Source: Vicugna vicugna
Lineage: Eukaryota
Direction of reading: 5' to 3'
Assembly (NCBI GenBank): GCA_013265495.1
Contig: MU058584.1
Span: forward strand, 1,958,616 to 2,022,615
DNA: 64,000 nucleotides
Shown: piece by piece, positions 52,265 through 63,700 of the stretch
Numbering within the stretch: position 1 is the stretch's first letter
Layout of the letters: each line of letters starts with the position of its first letter
Notes under the pieces: generated by a model
Seen by the model: the letters and a program-made list of their open reading frames with translations, nothing else
Database searches by the model: none
Told to the model about the DNA's origin: nothing
Program-made: the position numbers and the translations under genes

Positions 52265-52490
52265 GTAAAAGCAGAGTGAAAACCTCATCCTTGGAGTCAG
52301 ATCAGTGGTGTTTCAAATCCCAGCTCAGCCAACTTACTTGCTCTGTGACCGTGGTGAATGGGGACGCTGCACAACCTGAGCTTCAGTTTCCTTACAGTGA
52401 AGCAGGAGTGACGGCCTCTCCCTCATACGGTGGCTACAAACACATGACGGGGTTATGCACGTCAAGTGCATGCATGTGTCTGACATATAG
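52265..52490 (+). mobile_element. MIR SINE
   Basis: ttcaaatcccagctcagccaacttacttgctctgtgacc...ctgagcttcagtttcctt. Confidence 0.8.
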
Positions 52491-53004
52491 AACAATGTCT
52501 GACCCACAGACCACGTTCAAATGTATTTCCTTTTCTCTGAAAAGAAACTGAGCCATCAGTGATCAACATGGAGAAGTAATAAGAGAGCAGGAGAACTTCC
52601 CTATAGCTAAGAAACCCGGAGATTCTATAAGACAAAATAAAATGCTAGGTGATTGATTTCATATCACCTGAGAACCCACAGCAGGTCTAAAAGATGTAGA
52701 ATCATCACCTAAATGAAGCTGGGCAGTGGAAGCCACGCAGAAGTATTTGCTACCCTGGCCTGCTTCTGACTGAACAAGGAAGGAGGGAGGGTGGAGACAA
52801 CGAGGTGGGCTAGCCTCCTCCCGCTTCTGCCCGTTGCAGCACAAAAGGAAAAGACAGCTCAGCACCTAGATTTCTATCAACGACTCCCAGCCATTTTTAA
52901 AATGCATGACCCTAAGCAGTCCCTGAGAAAGGTTGTGCTGGATGCTGGCAGAGAGAAGGGTAAAACAATGTGCAGAAAGATAATAATAATAGTAGCAGCT
53001 AACA

Positions 53005-53210
53005 CTTATGTAACATCTACTCTGTTAAAGCACTAATCTAAGCATTTTGTGTATATTCAATCATGTAATCGTCCCAACATCCTTTGTGGAACTGAGGACA
53101 CTCTTCTTATCGGCATTTACAGCTGAGGAAATGAGAACACAAAGAAATACGGTAGTTCTCTCCCGGTTATCGGCGGTCAGAGGGCAGAGCTGAGATTTGC
53201 ACGGGGCTTG
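53005..53210 (-). mobile_element. MIR SINE
   Basis: gctaacacttat...ctgttaaagcact...catttacagctgaggaaatgag...gagctgagatttg. Confidence 0.8.
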
Positions 53211-55609
53211 GCTGGCTCGTTGGCAGTACGGCTTACCCTGCTGCTAGAGGTTGGGGTCCAGCTCCTCTGGGTGAGTTTTGGCTGAGATTCTCCAGTTCAT
53301 AGCAGAGCCATTAGAGTGTTCTTCACAGTAAGGTTGACCTAATGAGCTTTGTTTAAATTTGGTCCAGATTAGGATGGGAGCAACATCCTTGGAGTGAGAC
53401 TGATCTAGTTCAGAATCCCATATTCATTATGTCCTAGCTGTATGGTCTTAGAGGGATTGCATAACCTGAGTCCTTACTGATTAACATGAATAATGATGTC
53501 TTAAAGGTGAAGAGAGATTCTGATTCTCACATAGCCTCATGAAAAAAAAGTATTAAAGGCATTGAAGTATTGCCCATGGCAACTGGGCTTCATGGTACAA
53601 TTTGAAGACAAGCAATCTTCCATCTCCCACAAAATATTAACCTGTGTTTGATGTCTTATCTGAAGTTCAGATCTGTGTCAGGATATTGGTCCCGTGTTAA
53701 AATACATAGACTTCTGGAGTAGCTGTACCCCATCCACTTGTTAGTTATTGACACCATAATATGAATTAGCTGATAAACATCATTTTTAAGGTGGTAGTAA
53801 TCCAAGTCTGAAAACAAGGATAGTAAAGGTACTGAGGTCTGTCTATTTTGCTGGTTTATGCTAAGGAATGATTATGAACTAATGCATGTGAAAACAACTA
53901 AGTGAAAAGGGCTATCTCATTTCAATTCCAACAACACTTATGGGGCACCTCCTGTTTGCCAAGGACATGGAAAGAATTGCTACTGAGCCAAATAGATGCT
54001 CTTTGAGGTCTTTTTTTAAGGTATTAATCTAAGAAAATGGAGAGTAAAATATTAAAATGTAGAATGAGCATAACCCATCTCACATCACATCAGTGATGGA
54101 GATGGAGACACATCTCCATCATCGGATGTGCCCCAACGTTTTGTAATTATCAAGTTCAACTTCATTTCCCTCTGACCATTTCCATTGCTTCTTGACAGCA
54201 AGCTCTATGTCCTGTTTATCTTCCCAGTATATAGTAAATCGCTCGGCGCACCATAGGTGCTCGGTAAGTAGTCACTGAGTGAATGAATGAATAAATGTAG
54301 GAACAAAAGGCCCAATGGAATTTCTCACTAGAAATTTAGCTGTAATCTTTATACAGTTCCCAGACACCAGGACTGTGAGTGCCTCCACCCTAGTCTTTCT
54401 GATGCTTTCATTTCCAGGGTGGCTGAGCAGCCTTCCCCCATACCTGGCTTTATCACCACATGTCTCTCAGCCAGGAGCCGCCCTCCTTTCTCCTCTTTGG
54501 CAGAGTGGCCCTTTGGGCAGCATTCCTGTACTTCTTCCTGGCGTCAGAGCTCAGACGCTGGTGAAATCACTTACCCGCTGCTTCATTAGCTCTGGCTGCT
54601 ACCTGAGACCCCGCACATAGCATCGCCTAGCAGTTATTGATCTCCCGTTTCAGGACTGAGCAGAATGATTTCACTTTGAACTGACTAATTGTGTAGAGAA
54701 AGGGCTTTAAAACCAGAAAGGAAAAAGCCATTAAATTCTCTAAGACAAAACCGAGGTCACCCTGCTAAGTACTACCCCCATACAGATGTGCTATTAAAAC
54801 AGATGTTCATGCAGACAAGCCTAAACTGTTAACAAGATTGCCATCTCCCTGAGGATGCCTTGTTTTGCAAATGACTTCAGAGGTTTTGGGGGGCTCTGGG
54901 GGGGGGAATGGGGGAAGGGAATCCTGTATCCCTATGAGGCAAACAATTCCATCCATTTCGTCCACTCCTGTGTCTGTCACAGAGCTGGAGTACATGGACA
55001 TAGCCAGTGTCCCAAACAAGGAAGAGATTTAAGCACCATCCAGTCACACTATGTGGACTCATACAAGTTTAAGGGTAGAAGGATTATCTAGGCCACAGCT
55101 TTTCAGACTATATTCCTTGGAGTCTTAGAGTTCTGAGAAGCCGCTTTAAGGGCTTTCGGGGTGGGGGAGGGGTGGGGGAGAGTTGCAGCAGAACTGGTGG
55201 GTTTCTGGTTTTCTATCTGTCTTTCACTCATCCCCCCTTCCACCATGATTGATCTGTTACATATGAATAATAAGATTGCATTTGGGAAAAAAAAAAGAAT
55301 TTCCTTGCTAAAAAATATTTTAAGCTATGGATGCAGGCAGTATAGCATGGTGATTATAAAGGTAGACCTTACCATGAGACTGGCTGGGTTTCAATCCAAC
55401 TTTCGTCGCACATTGACTGCGGGACTGTGCCACGCTGTCCACTTGTTCCCCTGATGAGATCCCTTCCCTCCTGGACAAGAACTTTGCTCCCACCACTATT
55501 TTTTCTCTCTTCGATTTCTTCATTTTTTTTTAACCTGAATTTTTTCATAAACATGAAAACATCTTTAAAAAAAAAAAAGGGGGTCTTTGGATCCCCTCCC
55601 TACCTCTTG

Positions 55610-56090
55610 CTACTATCTCTCCTTTCTTCTCGTCTCCAAAACTCTTCAAAAGGATTGTCCTGCTTACTCTCTCCACTTCCTTCGGCCCCATTATCTCTTG
55701 AACCACTCCACAAAAGCTGCTTTCACCGAAGTCTCTGATCTCATGCTTCAGTTCGGTTGGGCAATTCCAAGTCTACTTTGTTCACCCTGTTGGTAGCAAC
55801 TGACACAGTTCAGCAGGACACGTTTCCTGAAAAATTGCCTTCCCTTGGCTTCCACAACACCACATTTTCCTCTGCACTTCTTACCGCACAGACTGCTCCT
55901 TTCAGTCCCCTTCACAGGCTCCTCCTCAGTTCTAATATCCTGGCCTTCACAAGTTACCTTCTTGTCTTCCAGCTCACAGTTTGTCTCTTCCCACCTGACC
56001 TGGGTCTTTGTGACCTCAAGATAAATGTCTTGTAACGTAGCCTCAAGACTCCTCTCACCTGACTTGTTCTCTGAGGCCACCTAGGGTTTT
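55610..56090 (+). mobile_element. L2 ORF2 (RT-region) remnant
   Basis: Pyrimidine-rich L2 motifs (gcaactgacacagtt, cccttggcttccacaacaccaca, gactcctctcacctgacttgttctctgag). Confidence 0.75.
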
Positions 56091-56779
56091 CCTGGAGTGT
56101 TTCAGCCCTGCAATACCGATTGCCATACCTAATAACTTTAAAAAAATATAAACTGATTATTTTGAAATCATGACGATATAGACAACTTTAGTGGTGACAT
56201 CTGTCGATTTAATGGTGTGTATACATCTGTGAATTTTCTTGCCAGTTCAGAGTACGTGGGCGAGGTTTAGATGTCTGAGGCTAAGAGACAGTCTTTGGCC
56301 ATTAGAACAGAGCAAGTCAACTAACAGCTCTAAAGGAAGCAGAATTGTCATAGTACTTTATAACAAGTACTGGAGATAGGAGGCCAAATTCAAACTCAGA
56401 TCCAAATTCAGTTCCCTTGAAAAATCTTACTCAAATATGTTCCTCTACCTTTTGGGCATATGTGAATTTTTACCTCCACATTGCCACTGAAAGCCTTTCA
56501 GGGAAGAACTCAAGTTTGGCCAGTCAATTCAAGTTAATGACTTTTATTGAAACCCAGGACTCTAGCGAGCAGTCGTTAAACTAGAAAACAGTAACAAAGA
56601 GAAAAAAAAAGAAAAAAGCAAGTATCTGGAAGAACTTGTAGCATTACAATAATATAAAGCAAAAGAAATTTTCACTTCTCCTGATTCCAAGTTGGCATTT
56701 TGAGGATGAAATCATTGAACTTCACAAACCTTACCTTGATAGAACCGTATCTTCTAGCACACCTCCCGGCAGCTGTGAG

Positions 56780-56890
56780 TTACTATTATTTCCACCATAA
56801 TGAAAGAAATTGAGGTGTCTTACAGAGGTAAGATGTCTAACTCACAGCCACATGGAAAACTGGGTCAACTTAGAGTCAGAATCCCAGCCA
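56780..56890 (-). mobile_element. MIR fragment
   Basis: ataatgaaagaaattgaggtgtcttacagaggtaag...ctcacagc...agaatcccag. Confidence 0.55.
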
Positions 56891-57598
56891 CCTAATCTGT
56901 GGTTATGGAATGAATCTGCCAAATGATGCAGGACGCAATTGAGTAAATGCCTATGCAGATGGCATTGTGCATTTAGTAGGCACTCAATAAATTTCATGGA
57001 ATGAGTTAAAAAAAAAAACACAAAACAAACATAAGTTCTACTGTGACTCCCAATCAAAACATGCCGCATACAGGCCCTAGAGAAAGAGGGTTTAGAACCA
57101 GCAAACACAGGAAAAGCCTAGAGGGTCACGGTCTGTATCTAATGTCAGCTCTGTTTCCTTTCCTGAGGACAGGATCAGATTGCCCATCAATGCCGCAGAT
57201 GCCTCTCTGCCCAGCTGTTGAGAGACACACGATGAGACGGACATGCACTTTCCTTATGGCATGTGAAGGGTTGGCTGCCTCTACCCCAAATTACCAGGAA
57301 GTAGGGGAAAGTTCACAGACCAGCAGGAGAAGCACATTTTTTTAAACTTAGGTTCTATTAACATGCTGTGTCTTTCTTTAGAATGATGAGTCTGGTGTTT
57401 TGCTATGTTTTAATAAGTGCCTTAAACTATATGATTGTTAATATCAGTTATGCAAAAAAATAATAAGTTCCTTAAGAGACAGACAGGTAAAAATACATCC
57501 TGTGTAAATTTCTCCTGGGGGGTCTTTGGTACTGGCACAAGCCAGCTACCCATAAACACCCTTTGGCCACATCATTGAACTTGGGGCCACACAATGAC

Positions 57599-57978
57599 AT
57601 CTTTAATGTCATATTTCAACATTTTGACTTTTTTTTTCATTTTGACATATTTTGAATATTTTGAATATTCCCCTTTGGACATTTATATGGTGGTACATTG
57701 GGGAACCTATATTTTTCTCCTCTTTTCACACGAAGAGTGGTCCCTTGCAAATTCCATCTCATACTGTGGAACCATGGTGATTTCTTCAACCAAATCTTTA
57801 ATGTCATATTTCAACATTTTGACTTTTTTTTTCTTTTGACATATTTTGAATATTCCCCTTTGGACATTTATATGGTGGTACATTGGGGAACCTATATTTT
57901 TCTCCTCTTTTCACACGAAGAGTGGTCCCCTGCAAATTCCATCTCATACTGTGGAACCATGGTGATTTCTTCAACCAG
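57599..57978. repeat. Two-copy tandem duplication (195 bp + 185 bp)
   Basis: Units 57599-57793 and 57794-57978 are near-identical from atctttaatgtc to tttcttcaacca. Confidence 0.97.
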
Positions 57979-59032
57979 ACTTGGGGTGGTTAATCAGAAA
58001 TAATTTCCCTTGAAGAGCAAATTACCTCATGTTGTGGTTGGATGATCATCACAACCTAAAATAAAAGATGGTGTAGATAACCCTCCGGAAAATTAAAGAA
58101 AGGTCAATAAAACCGGAGGGAGAAGGGCATTCTGCTAGTGCTCCCCTGACTTTTGAGTCTTCCAGAAACTTTTGAGTCTCCCTGCTCATCACCTGTGTTC
58201 TGAGGAACATTTTATAAAGAAAATTTCTCATTAGTCTAACTTGGGAGCCACGTGGTAACACACAATCCCCCCCCTTAATTTAGCGATTAGCGAAAAGGTT
58301 TTGTTTGATTGGGTGCTTCGTTTGGAGATTTATGGGGGCTTTTATATCTGTTTTTATAGTTTCATAGTCAAACTAATTGTTGTCAATGATTTAGGAGGTA
58401 TTGGGCTGGGGGGTGGGAACCATAAAGCCAGCATCCGAAGACGGAAACACCGTGTGGGCAGTTTGAGAGTGTGAGCGAAGCAGGCAGACTTTTTGCAAAG
58501 TAACCGTGGCATTTTCCATGGCTATTCAGCACTGTGTGCCCTTCTCAAATCTAGTTTAGTGAAGATTAATTTGGTGGGGATTTACCAGTTCTTTAAAGAA
58601 AACCGTAATAATTTCAGAAATGTGCTGCCTTCCGGGTCTCTGCCAGTGGCGTTAGTGCTTGGAGTCTGTCCTTCAGGAGAATGGGCAGCCGAGGCAGGGC
58701 GGAGGAGCCCCGCTGAAGGACGCGGTGAACCCTGGCACAGATGGCTGAAGTCCGAGTGGAGAGCCGGCCTATTTTTAATCGAGCGGTTAGGATCTGAGGA
58801 ATCTATGACCCTGCTTCTATTCGTGGCAATGAACAGCATCAGAGAAAGAGTGTCTGAGAATTTGCTGCCCTGCTCCTGTTACACCCGCACACCAAAGCGG
58901 GGGCTGGTGTGTTGGGCCCCCAGCTCCGCGATTCCCTATTCCGTCCGTGATCACCTTTTCTGCACGAGACTCGCTCTCTCCAAGACTCAGTGATTAAAAA
59001 AAAAAAAACAAAAAACAAAAAAAAAAAAAACG

Positions 59033-59262
59033 NNNNNNNNNNNNNNNNNNNNNNNNNNNNNNNNNNNNNNNNNNNNNNNNNNNNNNNNNNNNNNNNNNNN
59101 NNNNNNNNNNNNNNNNNNNNNNNNNNNNNNNNNNNNNNNNNNNNNNNNNNNNNNNNNNNNNNNNNNNNNNNNNNNNNNNNNNNNNNNNNNNNNNNNNNNN
59201 NNNNNNNNNNNNNNNNNNNNNNNNNNNNNNNNNNNNNNNNNNNNNNNNNNNNNNNNNNNNNN
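59033..59262. other. Assembly gap (N run) between A-tracts
   Basis: Run of N flanked by poly-A on both sides. Confidence 1.
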
Positions 59263-59379
59263 AAAAAAAAAAAACACGGCTCAAAGGCACAGAGCCGCTG
59301 TGAGGAGTAGGTGAGATCATGTGAATGGCAAGGCTTTGTCAAACCACAAAGTGGAAGGAAATGTAAGAGAGGACGAAGG

Positions 59380-60500
59380 GGAAGAGACGGCTTAGACTCG
59401 CTCTCCCGAGAAGTCACTGTTTCCTGCAACCTGTCCGCCTTCCCACTGGGGCTGGTGCACAACCAGCCCTGAAAGGCATTTGCGCTGCCTTCAAGATCGA
59501 GCTGGTCGCTTACCGAGCCGAGGATGACGCTTGCCCATTTTGTCAGGGCCCAGAGGGGACATATTCATTCCTCTGTTCGGCTCACCCTGATGTGGAGTTT
59601 GCCTCCTCTGAGGGAGGGTCAGCCTTCTCCGGAGGTGAGCTCGTGGGCTGCGTGGCCCCGGAGCGCGATCGCTGGGGCCTCACGGGGGCGCTGTAGAGTC
59701 AAAGCTGCGTCCACTCCCAGGAGGAGAAACGGTTGAGACCCTGACCTACTGGGAAAGCTTCCAGCAATGCTAATGGCATCGGATCCTTCTGCTTCCCTGC
59801 TGGTTCTAGCACAGTTGCAGTCTCTTGGCAGCTCCAACAACCCTGCCTTGTGAAAAATAGCCACCCAGTCCCACTCACGAGGTAGACTCTATTACTGAGA
59901 ACTAGTGGCAGGCTGCCGTGAAGGCACCTGAGAAAACATCTGAGTTCCGTGTTCCCCAAGCACGTGCGTGGAGACACAGCAGAGAAGTTAATAGGTGCTG
60001 GTGAACGATCTCCTGGTCCTTGTTTCTGTTTGTAAATTAAAGAAACAGCCTCTAAAGTCCTTGAGGAGAGGCCTGCTGTAAATACAGAGCGTTTTTATTA
60101 TTACATCACTGCCAACAGTGTTATCACTTTCTTCTCGTCCATACGTACAACCCCACACACAGAATAAGGCTATTTGCTAAATCGGATGCCACTGCTGGTG
60201 ACAGCCTAGGGAAAGAAGCTGGGCAGAATGCAGACAGACAGTTTCGTAAATTTCATTTCTAATTTTATGTATTTATTTCTCTTCCAGAAAAGAGGGAGAG
60301 AGGGAATACTCAGGGCCATGAAATCATTAAAACCAATTCCCTTTCTCTCCCGGGCTCCCCCGCCCACCCCACTTTCCCTGAGTATGTGTGTGAAACAATC
60401 TGTGCAGCTACAGAGCCATCCGATGGTATCGATCCAGGTGTGGAAATTGGTATTGACTGCCGCTGCTGCTCCGCGCACTTCCCCGGCTTTTAAAGATACA
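59380..60500. promoter_or_regulatory. CpG-enriched putative promoter or first-exon region of an unidentified transcript
   Basis: CpG is strongly enriched relative to the rest of the window, especially 59500-59720 and 60410-60510; repeat-free; CACGTG at about 59961; GC-box-like cccgccc at about 60359; TATA-like TTTAAAA on the minus strand at 60488-60494; several consensus splice donors. Confidence 0.55.
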
Positions 60501-60799
60501 GCGCAGAGGTGATTTCACTTTGTACATGACATAGCTCTTGGAGACATTTGCTGAAACAAACTAAATAATACAAATTTAAAATCACGTTTCTTATCTTGCT
60601 CCCCTCCTTAAAGCAAACGGAGCCCAAAGAGCTCCCAAACAGATGGCGATTAAAAAAGAAAATGCCATGCCCCTTTCTAAGGAGAGAGAGGGGCAATTTG
60701 TGTGCACTTTGGTTTCATCCTGCCCACTGGGAAATGTCTTAGTTCAGCCCCAGTGTTGTTAAAATCTTTAGAGGATCTGGAACCTTCATGGGAAGCCCC

Positions 60800-61335
60800 G
60801 TCCACTCGTCAGAGATGCTGCCCTAAAAAATTGCCACAAACTTTGTGGTGTAAAACAACACAGATCTATTATCTTACAGCCCTGAAGGTCAGATGTCCAA
60901 CAGGGTCCTGCCGGGCTAAAATTCAAGTGTCAGCAGTCTTTGTCCCTTTCCAGAGAATCTAGAGGAGAAGCCATTTCCTGCGCATGCAGGTTGTTGGCAG
61001 ACGTTAGTTCTTCGCGGTTGTAGGACTGAGGCCCCAGCTTTGAGAAGCCACTCACATTCCTTATCTTGTGACCTCTTCTGTGTCTTCAAAGCCAGCAGCA
61101 GTTAACAGGTCAAATCCTTCTCATTTGGTATCACTCTTCTGCCTACCTCTTCCATTTTAAAGGACTCATGTGATTAGATTGGGTTGATTAGAAAAACCCA
61201 GAATAACCTCCTTAGATCGCAACTCTTCACTTTGAGTGGGCCCTCAAAGTCCCCTTTGCCGTGCAGGGTAACATAGTCACGTGTTCTGGGAATTATTAGG
61301 TCATGGGCATACTTAGAGAGCCATCACTCTGTACA
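60800..61335 (-). mobile_element. MLT1C/D-like MaLR solo LTR
   Basis: gctgccctaaaaaattgccacaaactttgtggtgtaaaacaacac...aaaggactcatgtgattagattggg...taacatagtcacgtgttctggga. Confidence 0.9.
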
Positions 61336-62366
61336 GATGCCATGGGTCTATGCGCCTCTCAGTGTCTGTTTCAGGAGAGTCTAGCAGAAATTAAAAAGAA
61401 AACAGCTAGCATTTGATTTTTAATGATGGGCAACAACATTACTCCTGCCTCATGTGTGAGCATCTCCAGGGTGGGCGAGCACTCACACAGTAGATAGAAC
61501 CTCCCAGCTACGGAGTACCACGTTCTAATATCCAACCCGTCTCAAAAGGGATAAACTATTGGAAAAAAGAATTACTGTGTCTACTGAGTAGGGTGCTAGC
61601 TAGACCCTTGGAATACCAAAATAAACACAGCATAATCTAGGTTTTCCAGAATCTCACAGTTTAGAGGCGAGATAAACATGGGGCAGGCAGCTACAACACA
61701 AGGTGAACAGTCCTGCCATGGTGGTCGGTATAAGACAGCCAGAGACCACAGCAACTAGCAGTGCTGACAGGTGTGACTGCCTCCCAGCACCTCCTTCAGG
61801 GGCCGACACCTCCAGTTCTATTTTAAAACGAGAATTAGAAACGAGGTCATCTGGTGCTCAGCCTCATGGTGGCAGATGGGAGCATGGTGCTGGGTGTCAA
61901 GAGCCCCAGTTGCATCCTTGCTCACATGCTGAGTACTGCTCCCCTCGGAACGTCAGGCACCCTGAGATTTTCCACTTGCTCATGTCTATTTTGATACTCC
62001 AGAAATCTTCCTCTCTGTGTTCTTTAGGGCACTATGATGCTGTGCCCTGTGCTCTCCAATAATCCCAGCCCAGGGCAAGTCTGTTTCCCTCTTGCTTATG
62101 CCCACAAACAAATTCATCATCTATTTGCAGCCCACTGCAGGGTAAGGGCCCCTTGGCTGAGAGTCTTCTGTCAGCCTGAATGGCTAATTGAGACCTCCCG
62201 TGTGCTGAGCTGGTGCAGATGGCCATGAATGCAACACTGTTAGACGAGGAGAGAAGGCAAGGCATCATGAATATTTAATCAGCTTAAAGTAAATATTAAT
62301 GAAACAATTGTACCTTTAAACGGTTAAATTACTTTCCATGCTCCAGTCCGTTTTTATTTCATCATG

Positions 62367-62415
62367 GTGCACGTATACACGCGCACACACATGCACACGC
62401 ACGTACACACGCACA
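62367..62415. repeat. 49-bp perfect purine-pyrimidine alternation (CA, CG, TA mix)
   Basis: gtgcacgtatacacgcgcacacacatgcacacgcacgtacacacgcaca. Confidence 0.9.
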
Positions 62416-62879
62416 AATTCTACATTTTTCATCTGTGCTAGTGATTTCTAATTTGATCTTTTTAATGCAAGAATCCCCCTTATGCTAAATAGAAGCCTTC
62501 CTGAATTCATTCCTAAAGTTGAAAAGGCGTGATTCTGCCCTGAAATATATAGTTTGCAACTTGCCGGAATCCCAGTGACACGCCTCAGTCTTGTCTACCC
62601 TGATTTCATGGCACAAAGCCAGGCATGCCGTCGGGAGGCAGGAAACCTTAACTCGAGCTCATGTGTGGTAATTGCTTTATTCTGCATGAACTCGTCCTCA
62701 CCACCCCCACCTCAAATAAGAGAGAAGCTTAAGTTTGCAATTTTAATGACCACATTATTTAGACGTCTGCTATTACCAGGTAAGCTGCCTAGGATTTCTT
62801 CAAACACATATGTCTTCCTTTAATTATATTCCTCCATGTTAATTTCAACAAGAGAGCAATGAGTTTTCTACTCTTATTT

Positions 62880-63380
62880 TGTGTCTCCTTTGGCACTGAC
62901 TTTCCCTCTTAACATTTTGGAAAGTTTATTCAGTCCAAATTGCGTCATCTTAGACTTTCTTTGTCTGCTCTTCACCTTCTGTTTCCCATTGTAGAATTTA
63001 GTCTTCCTTCTTTGATGTTCTCTCTTTTGCCTGAAACTGCTCTTTCATTTAGTAATTCATCTTTTAATTACTGCATCTCAGATAGAGCCCTTTTGTGCCT
63101 CTTTGTTTGGTCTCTTACGTGGAATGGAATGACCTCCCCCTTCACGTTACTGAGATGCCCAAGAATCTCTCATCCTGTTTCTGACTGTAACCTCACCTCT
63201 CCCTCTCCATCACTGATCATAACAGGAGTCTCTCCCCACCTTTTAAATGCATTACTCCTTCACCTAAAAATATTTCCCTACTTTTCTTTCCATAATCAAG
63301 TGACTTAATGGTCTTCCAACCATTTTTCTATCCATTCCTTCCAGCTATTGTGCTATTGCCCAGCCCCTGTCCTCCAGCCA
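62880..63380 (+). mobile_element. L2 ORF2 remnant (highly decayed)
   Basis: Pyrimidine-rich L2-like sequence; lower certainty than the 55610 copy. Confidence 0.45.
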
Positions 63381-63559
63381 TGCTAGAATAATTGAATTAT
63401 AGAGGTGAAAGGACTCTCTTCCACTGGCAAATCCAATCTATTCTAAGGCCAATGTCTAATGAATCTTTGAATCTTCTCTGCAAACAAGGAATTTTCTCTG
63501 AATTCTATAACCACATTTTATAGGCCATCCAAATTTTACATCAATCTTGTTATCAAAAT

Positions 63560-63700
63560 GTCATATATATATATATGTCATATGTACATATACATGTATG
63601 TATATATAGGAATATAAATGCACACACAGATCCCTATATAATACACACACACATATATATTTAATATATATTATATGTATAATATGCATGTATAATAAAA
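63560..63700. repeat. (TA)/(CA)-rich low-complexity tract
   Basis: Read directly from the sequence. Confidence 0.9.

Noticed and set aside
53569-53583. RFX X-box-like attgcccatggcaac
   Set aside because: A single imperfect motif with no supporting promoter context.
54543-54600. Consensus minus-strand donor CGG|gtaagt near 54570
   Set aside because: No convincing acceptor upstream, and the candidate exon is closed in all frames examined.
57599-57978. CRISPR-like array
   Set aside because: Two long near-identical units with no spacers in a mammalian context; no cas genes.
59678-59693. CTCF-like site cctcacgggggcgctg
   Set aside because: The right half matches, but the conserved CAG core positions mismatch.
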